This document shows, one piece after another, positions 8,401 to 17,673 of a stretch of DNA of 39,694 nt. The stretch spans positions 1-39,694 of the forward strand of contig PCNA01000001.1 of NCBI GenBank assembly GCA_002490245.1, given 5' to 3'. This stretch comes from Candidatus Bathyarchaeota archaeon B24-2 (GTDB lineage: Archaea; Thermoproteota; Bathyarchaeia; Bathyarchaeales; B24-2). The translations under genes were made by a program, and so were the position numbers. Under the pieces are notes generated by a model. It was not told the DNA's origin, ran no database searches, and was given only the letters and a program-made list of their open reading frames with translations. The first letter of the stretch is position 1; each line of letters opens with the position of its first letter.

Positions 8401-9618
8401 CTAATATTGAGGGATCCCTAGAGCTCTATGCTCTATCTTCCATCGATACTTATTCCAGAAGTACGCCGTGTACTTCTCGAGCTCCCTCCTTCTTTTCTCT
8501 GTAAGCTCATATTCCTTAATTTTACCTTCATCTAGGTTTACTCCTAAGCCAGGCTTAGAGGGAACTGTCATGCTTCCTCCTTTATACTCCATTTTACCTC
8601 CCTCAAGTATGTCGTCTTCAAGTTGATGGTAATGCGCATCTACAGCATGGTGCATGTCCGGAAACGATGCTGTAACGTGTAGCTTAGCTACGTGTGCTAC
8701 ACCAAGCCTCCTCATACTATGATAGGATACGCCGAGACGGAATGAACTAGCAACCCTGAACCACTCCATAGTCTTCTTTATTCCCCCGCAGCCATAGGTA
8801 TCTGCCATGACTACGTCGGCGGCGTCAGATTTAGCTATCCTAACCAGCGAGTCTATTTCGTATACGCCGTCGGCGCAGATCGGCGTTTTGGTCGAGCCTC
8901 TAAGCCTCTGATGGTTGCTGATAGGAGACCTCAAAGCGATGGGAGATTCGACATACTCTAAGTTACAGTCTTCTAGCGCCTTTACCACGTTGAGTGCTGT
9001 AGGCAACGACCAAGCACCGTTCGGGTCTATTCGGATCTTTATGTCTTCCCCTACCCTCTCTCTAACTTCACGCACCGCTTTAACCTCAACTTCAGGTGGA
9101 TAAACACCTAGCTTCAGCTTTACAGTTTTAAACCCGAACCTTCTGATCAGGGATACGCAGTGGTCTGCTAGGTTATCTGGCGTTACAGGATTCCTTCCCT
9201 CCTCGTCACGGAAGAACACATAGGCGGAGAGTGGTACCTCTCTCCTATAGATCCCTCCAGAGAGAAGCCTATAGACTGGTAGGTTGAAGACTTTACCTAT
9301 TATGTCCCAGCAGGCGATCTCTACTCCAGAGGAATACTCCTTCGGGATCCCCTCGCAGATGAGCCTCCTTCTGATCTTCTCGTAATTTAGGGGGTCTTCT
9401 CCCAGTATCAGGGGCTTTACCTTCCTCTCGTAGACCTCCTTACCTAGCGCCCCCTCTCCTATTCCCACTACTCCTTCATCAGTGTATAGTTCGAATATGG
9501 TTCTCGCCACGGTATCTGCATAATATCTGTGTATTCCGCCTGCCCAAAGAAGCACGCCCTTCCAGGGTACTGCTACCTCGTAGGCTTTAACGTCCTTTAT
9601 CTGAATGGCAGTCACCAC
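8401..9618 (-). CDS. Enolase-superfamily enzyme (mandelate racemase/muconate lactonizing family, probable sugar-acid dehydratase)
   Basis: 405-aa ORF with KIRIDPNGAW, LEYVESP and ICADG-type metal-ligand segments typical of the MR/MLE barrel. Confidence 0.8.
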   Translation of the reverse strand: MVTAIQIKDVKAYEVAVPWKGVLLWAGGIHRYYADTVARTIFELYTDEGVVGIGEGALGKEVYERKVKPLILGEDPLNYEKIRRRLICEGIPKEYSSGVEIACWDIIGKVFNLPVYRLLSGGIYRREVPLSAYVFFRDEEGRNPVTPDNLADHCVSLIRRFGFKTVKLKLGVYPPEVEVKAVREVRERVGEDIKIRIDPNGAWSLPTALNVVKALEDCNLEYVESPIALRSPISNHQRLRGSTKTPICADGVYEIDSLVRIAKSDAADVVMADTYGCGGIKKTMEWFRVASSFRLGVSYHSMRRLGVAHVAKLHVTASFPDMHHAVDAHYHQLEDDILEGGKMEYKGGSMTVPSKPGLGVNLDEGKIKEYELTEKRRRELEKYTAYFWNKYRWKIEHRALGIPQY

Positions 9619-9632
9619 CTAAACGTTTCTGT

Positions 9633-10373
9633 TTACTCTCTTAAATTTCTTGGCGTCGGGAATAACTTAAGAACGCGCTTCGTTCTGAACTGAACGAATC
9701 TCTCCGCGTACTTTACGCCTGCCTGTCTTCCGCAGTATAGCGCTACTTGAGTGTAGTAGTCGGCGTTGTTTCTCTGACTCTTCCAGAACGGTTCGAGAGC
9801 TTTCATCTTGACCTCCCAGACGTCTGTCACGTCGATGTATATGTCTTCGAGGAATCCTGTTATGGGGCCGTATGTTTCGGCGGGTTCGAAGAAGTATATG
9901 TCCTCAAAGCTCCACGGCTTCAAACCTGTTTCTTTAAGCTTCTCTGGGTCGGCTGCTAGCTCTCTAGCTTTAAAGCAGATAGACTTGGCCGTAAGTCTAT
10001 GGTCGTCGTAGAGGGTCATCATCCAATGTGTCAAAACGATGTGTGGCCTCGTCCTCCTTATAACCTCGGCGACCTTCAGCTGCTTCTCCTCTGTTAACGG
10101 ATGTATAGAGAAGTTATCGTCGAAGCCAAGCATTATAGGTTTAACCCCTAAGATCTCGGCTGACTCGAGGAACTCTTCTCTCCTTATCGATTTAGCCTTA
10201 TCGATGGTCATCTCAGGCTTCTCCCACAGAAGCTGCGACTCCATAGTCTCCCCGAAGGTGAGGCAAGCCATGTAAACTTCATGTCCTTCCTTCACATATC
10301 TAGCCACTGTTCCTCCAGCCCTTTTAGGTACGTCGGCTGGATGAGCACCTATAGCTAAAACCCTTAGCCTCAT
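9633..10373 (-). CDS. PIG-L/LmbE family deacetylase
   Basis: 246-aa ORF. MRLRVLAIGAHPADV... matches the AHPDD-type N-terminal motif (variant HPAD), followed by HIVLTH..DDH. Confidence 0.7.
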   Translation of the reverse strand: MRLRVLAIGAHPADVPKRAGGTVARYVKEGHEVYMACLTFGETMESQLLWEKPEMTIDKAKSIRREEFLESAEILGVKPIMLGFDDNFSIHPLTEEKQLKVAEVIRRTRPHIVLTHWMMTLYDDHRLTAKSICFKARELAADPEKLKETGLKPWSFEDIYFFEPAETYGPITGFLEDIYIDVTDVWEVKMKALEPFWKSQRNNADYYTQVALYCGRQAGVKYAERFVQFRTKRVLKLFPTPRNLRE

Positions 10374-10469
10374 CTACATCCACCACACAAACATCTTAAA
10401 CCGAAACTTTAAGAGCGTTTCTGCTTCAAGAAAATCGAAAAAGATTTTGAGGTGTAAAGCCGCTAAGTA

Positions 10470-11186
10470 TTAAGCGAGATCCCTTAGATATTTCTCCACT
10501 ATCCTAATGCATTCCTCTATTTCTTTCCAGCCGTCTCTCAGCGCCAGAAGTCCATGTCCTGGCAGTAGAATATCCGGCTTTACAGTCTCTAAGAGTTTTC
10601 TTAGAGAATTCAGGTAGGTCTCTATATCCTTTTGGTTTCTCTTTCCGACCCAAGCAGTGATTGGATGACCAGCCATTAATCCCCTCTCGCATTTAAAGGC
10701 CACGTCTCCAGTGAATAGTACAGATTTGCCGTCCACCTCGATTAGGTAGCATAGGTCTCCTCCCTCCCTTGTATGTCCCGGGGTATCCAAAATGTGAACT
10801 TCAAGGTCCCCGAAAGTTAGTGATTCTCCTCCATGCAGTTTGATCTCAACCTGAGCCGATAGGAGCTTATCCCGCCGCTTCCGAAATTCTCTCTCTATAA
10901 TCTCAGCCGTTATCTCATGTGCGGCTAATCTACATTCGAAGAGCCTCTTAGCCTTATACGCTCCGCCAGCGTGATCCATGTGTGGATGTGTTATGAAGAG
11001 CACTGATACATCGCTAGGATTTAGGCCTTCAGCCCTAATATTCTCCTTTATGAGCTTTACGTCATCCTCCGACCCAATATCCACGAGGAGGAGGTCTCCT
11101 CCCGTATCGATGAGGTATACGTTACACCCTCTTGAGAGGTTATATCCGGCTCCCCCAACTATGTATACGCCATCTATAATCCTCAT
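10470..11186 (-). CDS. MBL-fold metallo-hydrolase
   Basis: 238-aa ORF with ITHPHMDHAGG (HxHxDH) plus downstream TPGHT and GH ligands. Confidence 0.85.
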   Translation of the reverse strand: MRIIDGVYIVGGAGYNLSRGCNVYLIDTGGDLLLVDIGSEDDVKLIKENIRAEGLNPSDVSVLFITHPHMDHAGGAYKAKRLFECRLAAHEITAEIIEREFRKRRDKLLSAQVEIKLHGGESLTFGDLEVHILDTPGHTREGGDLCYLIEVDGKSVLFTGDVAFKCERGLMAGHPITAWVGKRNQKDIETYLNSLRKLLETVKPDILLPGHGLLALRDGWKEIEECIRIVEKYLRDLA

Positions 11187-11291
11187 TTATCTATCCCCAA
11201 GATAACACCACAAATTTATGCTTTATGGAGTAATTAAATTTCCCCGTCATTTTTGGTGGGTATAGCGTCTATAGGCTGAAGTTGTGTTGAC

Positions 11292-11346
11292 GAGAGGCTT
11301 ATGGTAAAGACCATGAAGAGCATCGCAAGAGAGCTTATGGTGAAGA
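11292..11346. repeat. Imperfect direct repeat GAGAG(G)CTTATGGT(A/G)AAGA x2 in the divergent intergenic region upstream of the ABC operon
   Basis: gagaggcttatggtaaaga at 11292-11310 and gagagcttatggtgaaga at 11329-11346, 37 nt start to start. Confidence 0.5.
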
Positions 11347-11557
11347 TACACATCCACAACATGTCGTAAACCTATAAACGACGGAACAGGAGAGAGCGGG
11401 AAAGATGCAAAGCCTATACTCAAGAAAGAAGAAACAACCATAAAACCAATTACTACAAAAGCAAAAATGCAATTTATTTATAAACTCAAAAACCTTTTAC
11501 AGTAACCTTTTTATCGTATGCTCTAAAAAGAAATCTTGAGCTAAAGGGTGAACATAT

Positions 11558-13093
11558 ATGTCCGAGCGAGTTAGTCGTCGTAAGTATATCGCTGTCGCCG
11601 GCGCCGCTGCGGCCGCAGCAGTAATCGGTGGAGCAGCATACTATCTGACCAGGCCTGTACCTCCGGCACCCACGCCTACACCTGCACCTACACCTGCACC
11701 TACGCCGAAACCTACCGCTACACCGGCTCCCACACCTGCCCCTACTCCTAAACCTACGCCAAAGCCAACACCTAAACCTACGGCTACGCCGAAACCTACG
11801 CCTAAACCTACACCGACTCCTTCACCTACCGCTACACCGAAGCCTACGCCTACCGCGAAGACACAGGTCACAGTCTGGACCTTCCCGATAGGAGACCCCG
11901 AAAAGTGGAAGGAACACTTGGTCGAGATGGAGAAGGTGTTTGAAGGTCTCCATCCTGAAGTAGACCTCGTGTTCCAGACGTATCCATGGGCGAATAGGGA
12001 TGCTAGGATGATCACGGCCGTCGCAGGCGGTGTAGCTCCCGACATATGCTATCTGAACACTAGGCACATCGCAAAGCTCAGCCACTTAGGTGCATTGAGA
12101 TACGTGGACGACCTGTTACCAGACATCTACCTTAAGGACGCCAAGCCAAGCCTCATAGAGGCATATACTTGGGATAACCATATATGGGCTGGAGTAAACC
12201 TAGTGTCGACGCCTTACGTATGGGTCTATAACCCAGACATCTTCGACGAATGTGGAATCACGAACCGCCCCTCCATAAACAATCCGTGGAGCTGGGAGGA
12301 TATGACCAATGCAGCCATAGCGTTGAAGGAGCATGGATACTACATCGGATGGCCGACTAGGCCCTCGGTCGTATGCTTCGTTAGACCTAGCCTACAGCAG
12401 GCTGGCGTCGACATATGTAAGGAGGGGAAGCCTTGGGCTACCGACGTCCTCTTCGATAACGAGGCGGGCGTAGAGTTCTTCAGATGGTACGGTGAGATGT
12501 GGTATAAACACAAGGCGGCGCATCCGTCGCTTGTGGGAAGTATACCTGGAGCCACGATGAATGATCTGTTCGCTACAAAGAAGATAGGGATAATTCAAGC
12601 CGTGGATACGGGATTCTGCGACTACATGCTCAAGAACGCACCTGACGTACCTTGGGAGGTCGGCGGTGTCCTCTATAACGAGAGAGCAGGGAAGGAACAT
12701 ATGGCGGTAGACGTCGTTCCCGGTATGTGGGGCGTATTTACACAGACATACAACAAGCATCCTGAAGCGACGAAAGCGGCCTTCGAGTGGTTAATGACGC
12801 CGGAAGCTATAGAGATGTGGATAAAGAGATACGGCTTCAGCTCACCCTACAAGTCTCAGGAAGGCTGGCTTAAAGGCACGGAGATCTGGGAGAAATACAA
12901 GCTAGAGGACTGGACGCCTTGGGCTAAGTACGGCTATCCAGAGTGGGGCAACCATCCTGCAGCCAACGACATATACCACATCTTCTGGTCTGAGATCGAG
13001 GCCTGCTGTCTAGGACAGAAGACGCCTGAGCAAGCATGCCACGACTGCGCTGAAGCGTGCAGAAAGGCGATGAAAGAAGCCATCAGACTCTAG
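11558..13093 (+). CDS. ABC transporter substrate-binding protein (family 1, carbohydrate type) with N-terminal anchor and Pro/Thr-rich linker
   Basis: 511-aa ORF. It has an SRRKY plus Ala-rich hydrophobic N-terminal signal/anchor, a 70-residue PT(K/A) linker, and a solute-binding fold. Two permease genes follow. Confidence 0.85.
   Translation: MSERVSRRKYIAVAGAAAAAAVIGGAAYYLTRPVPPAPTPTPAPTPAPTPKPTATPAPTPAPTPKPTPKPTPKPTATPKPTPKPTPTPSPTATPKPTPTAKTQVTVWTFPIGDPEKWKEHLVEMEKVFEGLHPEVDLVFQTYPWANRDARMITAVAGGVAPDICYLNTRHIAKLSHLGALRYVDDLLPDIYLKDAKPSLIEAYTWDNHIWAGVNLVSTPYVWVYNPDIFDECGITNRPSINNPWSWEDMTNAAIALKEHGYYIGWPTRPSVVCFVRPSLQQAGVDICKEGKPWATDVLFDNEAGVEFFRWYGEMWYKHKAAHPSLVGSIPGATMNDLFATKKIGIIQAVDTGFCDYMLKNAPDVPWEVGGVLYNERAGKEHMAVDVVPGMWGVFTQTYNKHPEATKAAFEWLMTPEAIEMWIKRYGFSSPYKSQEGWLKGTEIWEKYKLEDWTPWAKYGYPEWGNHPAANDIYHIFWSEIEACCLGQKTPEQACHDCAEACRKAMKEAIRL
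11654..11863 (+). repeat. In-frame low-complexity tandem repeat encoding (P-T-P-[AK])n linker
   Basis: Residues 33-102 of the binding protein: [70 protein letters not shown]. At DNA level cctac(g/a)cc(t/g)aaa-type units recur. Confidence 0.9.
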
Positions 13094-13132
13094 AATGCTA
13101 GTGAGGTGAAAAACTTTTTAAACTTCTCTCCC

Positions 13133-13140
13133 TTTTTTTT
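13133..13140 (+). terminator. Oligo-T tract (T8) between the binding-protein and permease genes, possible partial archaeal terminator
   Basis: ctctccc-tttttttt-gaatg lies 40 nt after the stop at 13093. Archaeal termination commonly uses oligo-T runs. Not verified. Confidence 0.35.
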
Positions 13141-13161
13141 GAATGTCTGGAGAGATGTTTA

Positions 13162-14079
13162 TTGAGCTTGAGTCGAAGATTAAGGGAAGGATGGAAGAAA
13201 GCCTCAAGATACAGAGTTTATTACTTCATGATCATACCTTACTTGATAGGTTTCGTTGCCTTCCAGTTATATCCTATAGTGGAGGCATTCCGTCTAAGTC
13301 TATACTCGTTTGCTGGGGGTAGAGGCGGAGGATTTTTTGCCCAACCCGTATATGTAGGGTTGAGAAACTTCGAACGAATGTTTAACGATTCGATTTTTAT
13401 AATCTCGTTAAGGAACACCGTGATATACACTATAGGCTTCGTGTGTATGGCGACTGCTGTTGCACTGATCATGGCGCTGGTGTTATGGGAGAACCTAAAA
13501 GGGACAACTTTCTTCAGGACTGCTTACTTTCTACCCTTTGCTACCTCGTCGATCATAGTTTCCATAGTCTGGAAGAACATGCTTCAGCCGATGGGGGTAG
13601 CAAACTTCATCCTCAACCAGCTTGGGTTGCCTAGTCTGCCTTGGCTTACAAATGGTGATCTCGCCCTTTTTGCTGTTATGATTGTAAGTGTTTGGCAGAC
13701 CTTCGGATATTACGCCGTCATTCTCTTAGCTGGCCTCCAAGCTATGCCTAAAGACTTTTACGAGGCGGCCAAGGTTGACGGTGCGGGGGCATTCGCGACC
13801 TTGCGTTATATAACCCTTCCGTTACTGAAGCCTATGCTGTTCGTAGTTATCTTCTTAGCCACGATAAGCGGCTTCCAAGTTTATGACCAAATCTATGGGC
13901 TAACTAGAGGAGGCCCTGGATACGCTACCATGACTTTAACCTATTACCTCTACTGGAAGGGCTTCGAGAACTTTGAGTTAGGATTAGCGGACGCGGTCGG
14001 TATATTCGTCTTCTTCGTCTCTCTTGGATTAGCTTTGATTCAAAGGAAAGCTCTTGAAGCTGGAAAAAGTTACGTGTAA
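13162..14079 (+). CDS. ABC transporter permease (MalF/UgpA-like sugar permease)
   Basis: 305-aa polytopic ORF with the EAA-type loop (YEAAKVDGAGAFATLRYITLPLLKP). Confidence 0.85.
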   Translation: MSLSRRLREGWKKASRYRVYYFMIIPYLIGFVAFQLYPIVEAFRLSLYSFAGGRGGGFFAQPVYVGLRNFERMFNDSIFIISLRNTVIYTIGFVCMATAVALIMALVLWENLKGTTFFRTAYFLPFATSSIIVSIVWKNMLQPMGVANFILNQLGLPSLPWLTNGDLALFAVMIVSVWQTFGYYAVILLAGLQAMPKDFYEAAKVDGAGAFATLRYITLPLLKPMLFVVIFLATISGFQVYDQIYGLTRGGPGYATMTLTYYLYWKGFENFELGLADAVGIFVFFVSLGLALIQRKALEAGKSYV

Positions 14080-14092
14080 GGAGGATTGAAGG

Positions 14093-14929
14093 TTGAACTA
14101 TGTAAAAATCTTGAGTAGAGCCGTGTTCTATGCGGTGTTGATAGCGATAGCCTTCTACACACTGTTCCCTCTATACCATATGTTTATAGTTTCTTTTCAA
14201 CCCTCTGCCGTAGGTCTCTTCACCGATATATCTCTAATCCCTAGAGGCTTCTCCCTGAAGAACTACATAGACCTGTTTACCACGACCGCTATGCCTCGAT
14301 GGATCGTAAACACCGCGATATACGCTAGTTTCGTAGCCTTGGGAACCATCCTGCTAGACTCTCTCACGGCGTTCGCTTTATCTAAGGGAAGATTCCCCCT
14401 AAAAGAATTCTTCTTCGTTCTCATACTCAGCGGACTTATGATCCCGATTCAGGCAATATTGATCCCGCTCTTCAAGGTTATGGTAACCTTGAACTGGGTG
14501 AACACGTATTGGGGAATCATCATACCGGGAATAGTCAGCCCCTCCGGGGTTTTCTTGCTACGTCAATACATGCTCAGCATCCCAGACGAGCTATTAGACT
14601 CTGCTAGGGTAGACGGTAGTTCAGAGTTCTCTCTTTATTGGAGGATAACACTTCCTCTCTCTACACCTATGATAGCGACCGTCGCCGCGCTTAAGTTCAT
14701 AATGCACTGGAACGCCTTTCTCTTCCCGCTTATAATGATGAGAGACGAGAACATGTTCACTATTCCGGTCGGGATAGCCACGTTTCAGGCCTGGGCGGGA
14801 GCCTCTCTTTGGGGTCAGATAATGGCCGGCTCGGTCGTAGCGGTTATCCCGACCATAGTGGTGTTCCTTACGTTCCAGAAGAAGATAGTGGAGAGCTTAG
14901 CGCTCAGAGCTAGGGTGATAAAGAGATAA
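14093..14929 (+). CDS. ABC transporter permease (MalG/UgpE-like sugar permease)
   Basis: 278-aa polytopic ORF with the EAA loop (LDSARVDGSSEFSLYWRITLPLSTP). Confidence 0.85.
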   Translation: MNYVKILSRAVFYAVLIAIAFYTLFPLYHMFIVSFQPSAVGLFTDISLIPRGFSLKNYIDLFTTTAMPRWIVNTAIYASFVALGTILLDSLTAFALSKGRFPLKEFFFVLILSGLMIPIQAILIPLFKVMVTLNWVNTYWGIIIPGIVSPSGVFLLRQYMLSIPDELLDSARVDGSSEFSLYWRITLPLSTPMIATVAALKFIMHWNAFLFPLIMMRDENMFTIPVGIATFQAWAGASLWGQIMAGSVVAVIPTIVVFLTFQKKIVESLALRARVIKR

Positions 14930-15047
14930 AAGGCTCTTCCATCTTTACCTTAGCTGCCAGTCTGAAAAGATTTAAATATTAGATTTAAAATGGGAAAGTT
15001 AAGAAAAAGGTTAGAAGTTCAAGTGAAAATGTTTGGAGGTAGAGTCG

Positions 15048-15392
15048 ATGAGTACAGAACCTAAAGCTGAAGGTGAAGCCGAAGGAGAGGTTTCTCAAAC
15101 CCAACCTAAAGAGGAGCTAGATAATGCAGTCTTAGTGGGTAAAAAACCTGTGATGTCGTACGTCGTTGCTTGCCTAACGTTCTTCAACGCTGGTAAAAAC
15201 GAAGTAGTCGTGAAAGCCCGAGGAAGAGCGATAAGCAAAGCCGTAGACACGGTGGAACTTCTAAGAAGGTCTTTCATGAAGGAGATAAAGATAAAGGACA
15301 TAAAGATAGGGACGGTCGAACTGACACGTGCTGAAGGAACGAAGGCTAACGTATCGACGATCGAGATCTCGCTGGTGAAGGAAAAAGAATAA
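15048..15392 (+). CDS. albA: Alba chromatin/RNA-binding protein with acidic N-terminal extension
   Basis: [47 protein letters not shown] is the Alba signature. I prefer the ATG at 15048, preceded by GGAGGT at 15035-15040, over the TTG at 15033 in the track. Confidence 0.85.
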   Translation: MSTEPKAEGEAEGEVSQTQPKEELDNAVLVGKKPVMSYVVACLTFFNAGKNEVVVKARGRAISKAVDTVELLRRSFMKEIKIKDIKIGTVELTRAEGTKANVSTIEISLVKEKE

Positions 15393-15449
15393 AAGCGCAG
15401 GCGACGCTGGAGAATAGACCTGCCTTAACACTTTTAATCCTTTTATCTG

Positions 15450-15902
15450 TTAGATTATCCTGAAGTCCTCCTTAACGGTAGTTAGGACTACGTGTGTATT
15501 CGTTCTTTCGACGTAAGGTAAGCTTAGTAAGTTCTTGGTGAAGTCGCTCAGCGATTTCCTATCCTTAAATTTAGCTATGACTATGGCATCTGTCAATCCG
15601 GTGATATCGTATACACAGCAGACGTTCGGTATTTTAGCTACTTCCTTCTCAACTTCGACGAGTTTTCCTTTAGAGACCGTGATTTCCGTTATCACGGTGA
15701 GCTCATAACCGAGTTCTTCATGGTTTAATATGGCCGAATATCCCATTATTACGTTTCCTTTCTCCATCTTCTTAATTCTGGAGATAACAGTCCCTATAGC
15801 CACACCTACCTTATCGGCGATCGCCCTATAGGAGAGTCTAGCATTCTTGAGTAGCTCTCGCAAGATCTTAATGTCTAACTCATCCAAATCCAATATGGAC
15901 AC
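15450..15902 (-). CDS. Lrp/AsnC family transcriptional regulator
   Basis: LDELDIKILRELLKNARLSYRAIADKVGVAIGTVISRIKKM is an HTH_AsnC motif, followed by a RAM/ASNC domain. The track ORF extends to 15971 through an implausible leader. I prefer the GTG at 15902 (VSILDLDELD..., 150 aa). The start is uncertain. Confidence 0.8.
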   Translation of the reverse strand: MSILDLDELDIKILRELLKNARLSYRAIADKVGVAIGTVISRIKKMEKGNVIMGYSAILNHEELGYELTVITEITVSKGKLVEVEKEVAKIPNVCCVYDITGLTDAIVIAKFKDRKSLSDFTKNLLSLPYVERTNTHVVLTTVKEDFRII

Positions 15903-16047
15903 CCGAAAATAAATATAGTAAAATCTCCGATAAAATATTTTTATTTTAAGTAAACGTTTGTCCATTAACAATATATAAGAGGTTACTAATTTAAACGATG
16001 GTCTACCATTAGCTTAACGTTTAGACTAAGAAGCTTTGTTGGTGGGT

Positions 16048-17550
16048 TTACACTTCCAACTCTGTGGTTTTTATGTTAGTTAATTGTATCGCTCCGGATG
16101 GGTCCGTGGTTACTAAAGCTCTTTTAACCTTTATATGGTCGCCTTTACTCAGGTTCTTCACTATATAAGCTTGCTCTCTCCATACCTTAAGCCGTATTCT
16201 GCCTGTTTCGTCTCCGATCTCTAGTATGGCTAGTGGAATCTTCTCTCCTTTCACGTCCACCTCTCTAACCTGTGGTGGAGAATTCACTTTTCCCTCGACC
16301 GTTACGAGAACGTCCCTTCTGGTGAGTTCTCCTATCTTCTTTGGTTTTAGTTCGACGTCGTTCAATTTCTTATACTCCTGTGTCATGCGTTTAACTTCTA
16401 TGCGTCCATTATCGTTTAGGTTTAGGTTTAACCTTCCAAACCTCTCGGTTATGTGTCCACCCTCGACGAGGATTAGGTCTCCCATTTTTAAGTTTTCGAG
16501 GATCTCGGCTTTTTCGTCCCATAAGTTCACTTGCAAGATTCCTGTCCCGTCGCTGAGAAATATTCTAGCCATCTTCCCTTCGCTTCCGTCTTTACGCCTA
16601 AACTCTTTTATATCATCTAGGGATACGAGTTTTCCTAAGACTTTAAGTCTACGGTCTAAGTCTATGTTTGCTTGTAGGTCTCTTATGGTAGGTATGTCCG
16701 TTTCAAAATAGTTTCCCATAACTTTAACGATCGAACTCTTATCTATGTGTAACTCGATAGAGTCGCCGTTCATCTTCTTCACTCTGCCGTTAACTATTTG
16801 AACTAGATCCCCGACCCTAAGGTCTCTTAACTCGTCGACTTTCTCGTTCCATAAAACTACGGTGAGTTTTCCTGTTTCATCGCTTAAAAGTATTCGACGA
16901 ACCTTCCCCTTAGTTCCGTCGCTTCTATCGAACTCGTGAACATCAAAGACTTTGTGTACGAAGCCTCTCAAGCTCACCTTTCCCTTCTTTTTAGGTAAGT
17001 CGCTTATCTTCAGGTCAAAGTATTCTATCGAAGGATAACGATCGTCCATCGGTTTTTCTGGCAAAACTTCTAGACTGCCTTTAGAGCCTAGATGAACTTC
17101 TAGGTCTCCTCTTAACCCACGGCGAACATAACCGTGAAGAACCTTAACTACGTCTCCACGAGCTATCTTCTGACTAGAGATCAATTCGACTTTATCGTCC
17201 CAGACCACTACCGAGACCACTCCCTTCCTGTCTCCCACCTCTAGCTTAGCGTATTTCCCCTCCGTTCCATCCCTCCTCTTAAAGCTCCTCGGAGGATAGA
17301 CCGCGAGAACCCTTCCTGAAAACGTGACGTCGTCTAAGCCTGAGATTAGGTCGTCGATCTCTAAATCCCTCTTCCCTCTAGAGTACTCGAGCTTAACCCC
17401 CAACTCTGAAGCCACTATCCTAGCGGCCCCCTCATCGGTCAGATAACCCTTAGCTTCTCTCTTCTTTTCTTCGATCAAGTTCATAAGTTCCTCGTACTTC
17501 ATCTCTTTGTTCTCGTCTAGTATCCTACGCACTATCTCCTCGAACTTCAT
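16048..17550 (-). CDS. RPA-like single-stranded DNA-binding protein with four tandem OB folds
   Basis: 500-aa ORF. After a helical N-domain, four units of about 100 aa repeat the pattern G.V..V...EF.R.DG..GK...I.L.D.TG...V.LW.EK...L..L..GD.V. Confidence 0.7.
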   Translation of the reverse strand: MKFEEIVRRILDENKEMKYEELMNLIEEKKREAKGYLTDEGAARIVASELGVKLEYSRGKRDLEIDDLISGLDDVTFSGRVLAVYPPRSFKRRDGTEGKYAKLEVGDRKGVVSVVVWDDKVELISSQKIARGDVVKVLHGYVRRGLRGDLEVHLGSKGSLEVLPEKPMDDRYPSIEYFDLKISDLPKKKGKVSLRGFVHKVFDVHEFDRSDGTKGKVRRILLSDETGKLTVVLWNEKVDELRDLRVGDLVQIVNGRVKKMNGDSIELHIDKSSIVKVMGNYFETDIPTIRDLQANIDLDRRLKVLGKLVSLDDIKEFRRKDGSEGKMARIFLSDGTGILQVNLWDEKAEILENLKMGDLILVEGGHITERFGRLNLNLNDNGRIEVKRMTQEYKKLNDVELKPKKIGELTRRDVLVTVEGKVNSPPQVREVDVKGEKIPLAILEIGDETGRIRLKVWREQAYIVKNLSKGDHIKVKRALVTTDPSGAIQLTNIKTTELEV

Positions 17551-17673
17551 AGTTTAATCAACTCGATAAACATCGAGTAACCTTAAGCACGCCTCAACCT
17601 ACAGGTAGTCTATCAACCTAGACTCCATATTAAGATTTATCTTTGAGAAATCCTCCATTAAGGTTGGTGTAGT

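Noticed and set aside
11247-11441. 64-aa minus-strand ORF in the ABC-operon control region
   Set aside because: It has no motif and an odd composition, and it overlaps the direct repeats. It is more likely non-coding regulatory DNA.
11641-12045. 134-aa Gly/Val-rich minus-strand ORF
   Set aside because: It is the reverse-complement reading of the Pro/Thr repeat in the binding-protein gene. Its low-complexity mirror composition comes with no independent signals.
16226-16711. 161-aa plus-strand ORF inside the RPA-like gene. Similar long antisense ORFs occur at 4157-4501, 9747-10275, 20248-20592, 21559-22014, 22447-22752, 29331-29768, 30024-30374, 30791-31168 and 31750-32118.
   Set aside because: All lie entirely antisense to, or out of frame within, genes with strong family signatures. 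They have Ser/Leu/Pro-rich compositions typical of shadow ORFs.
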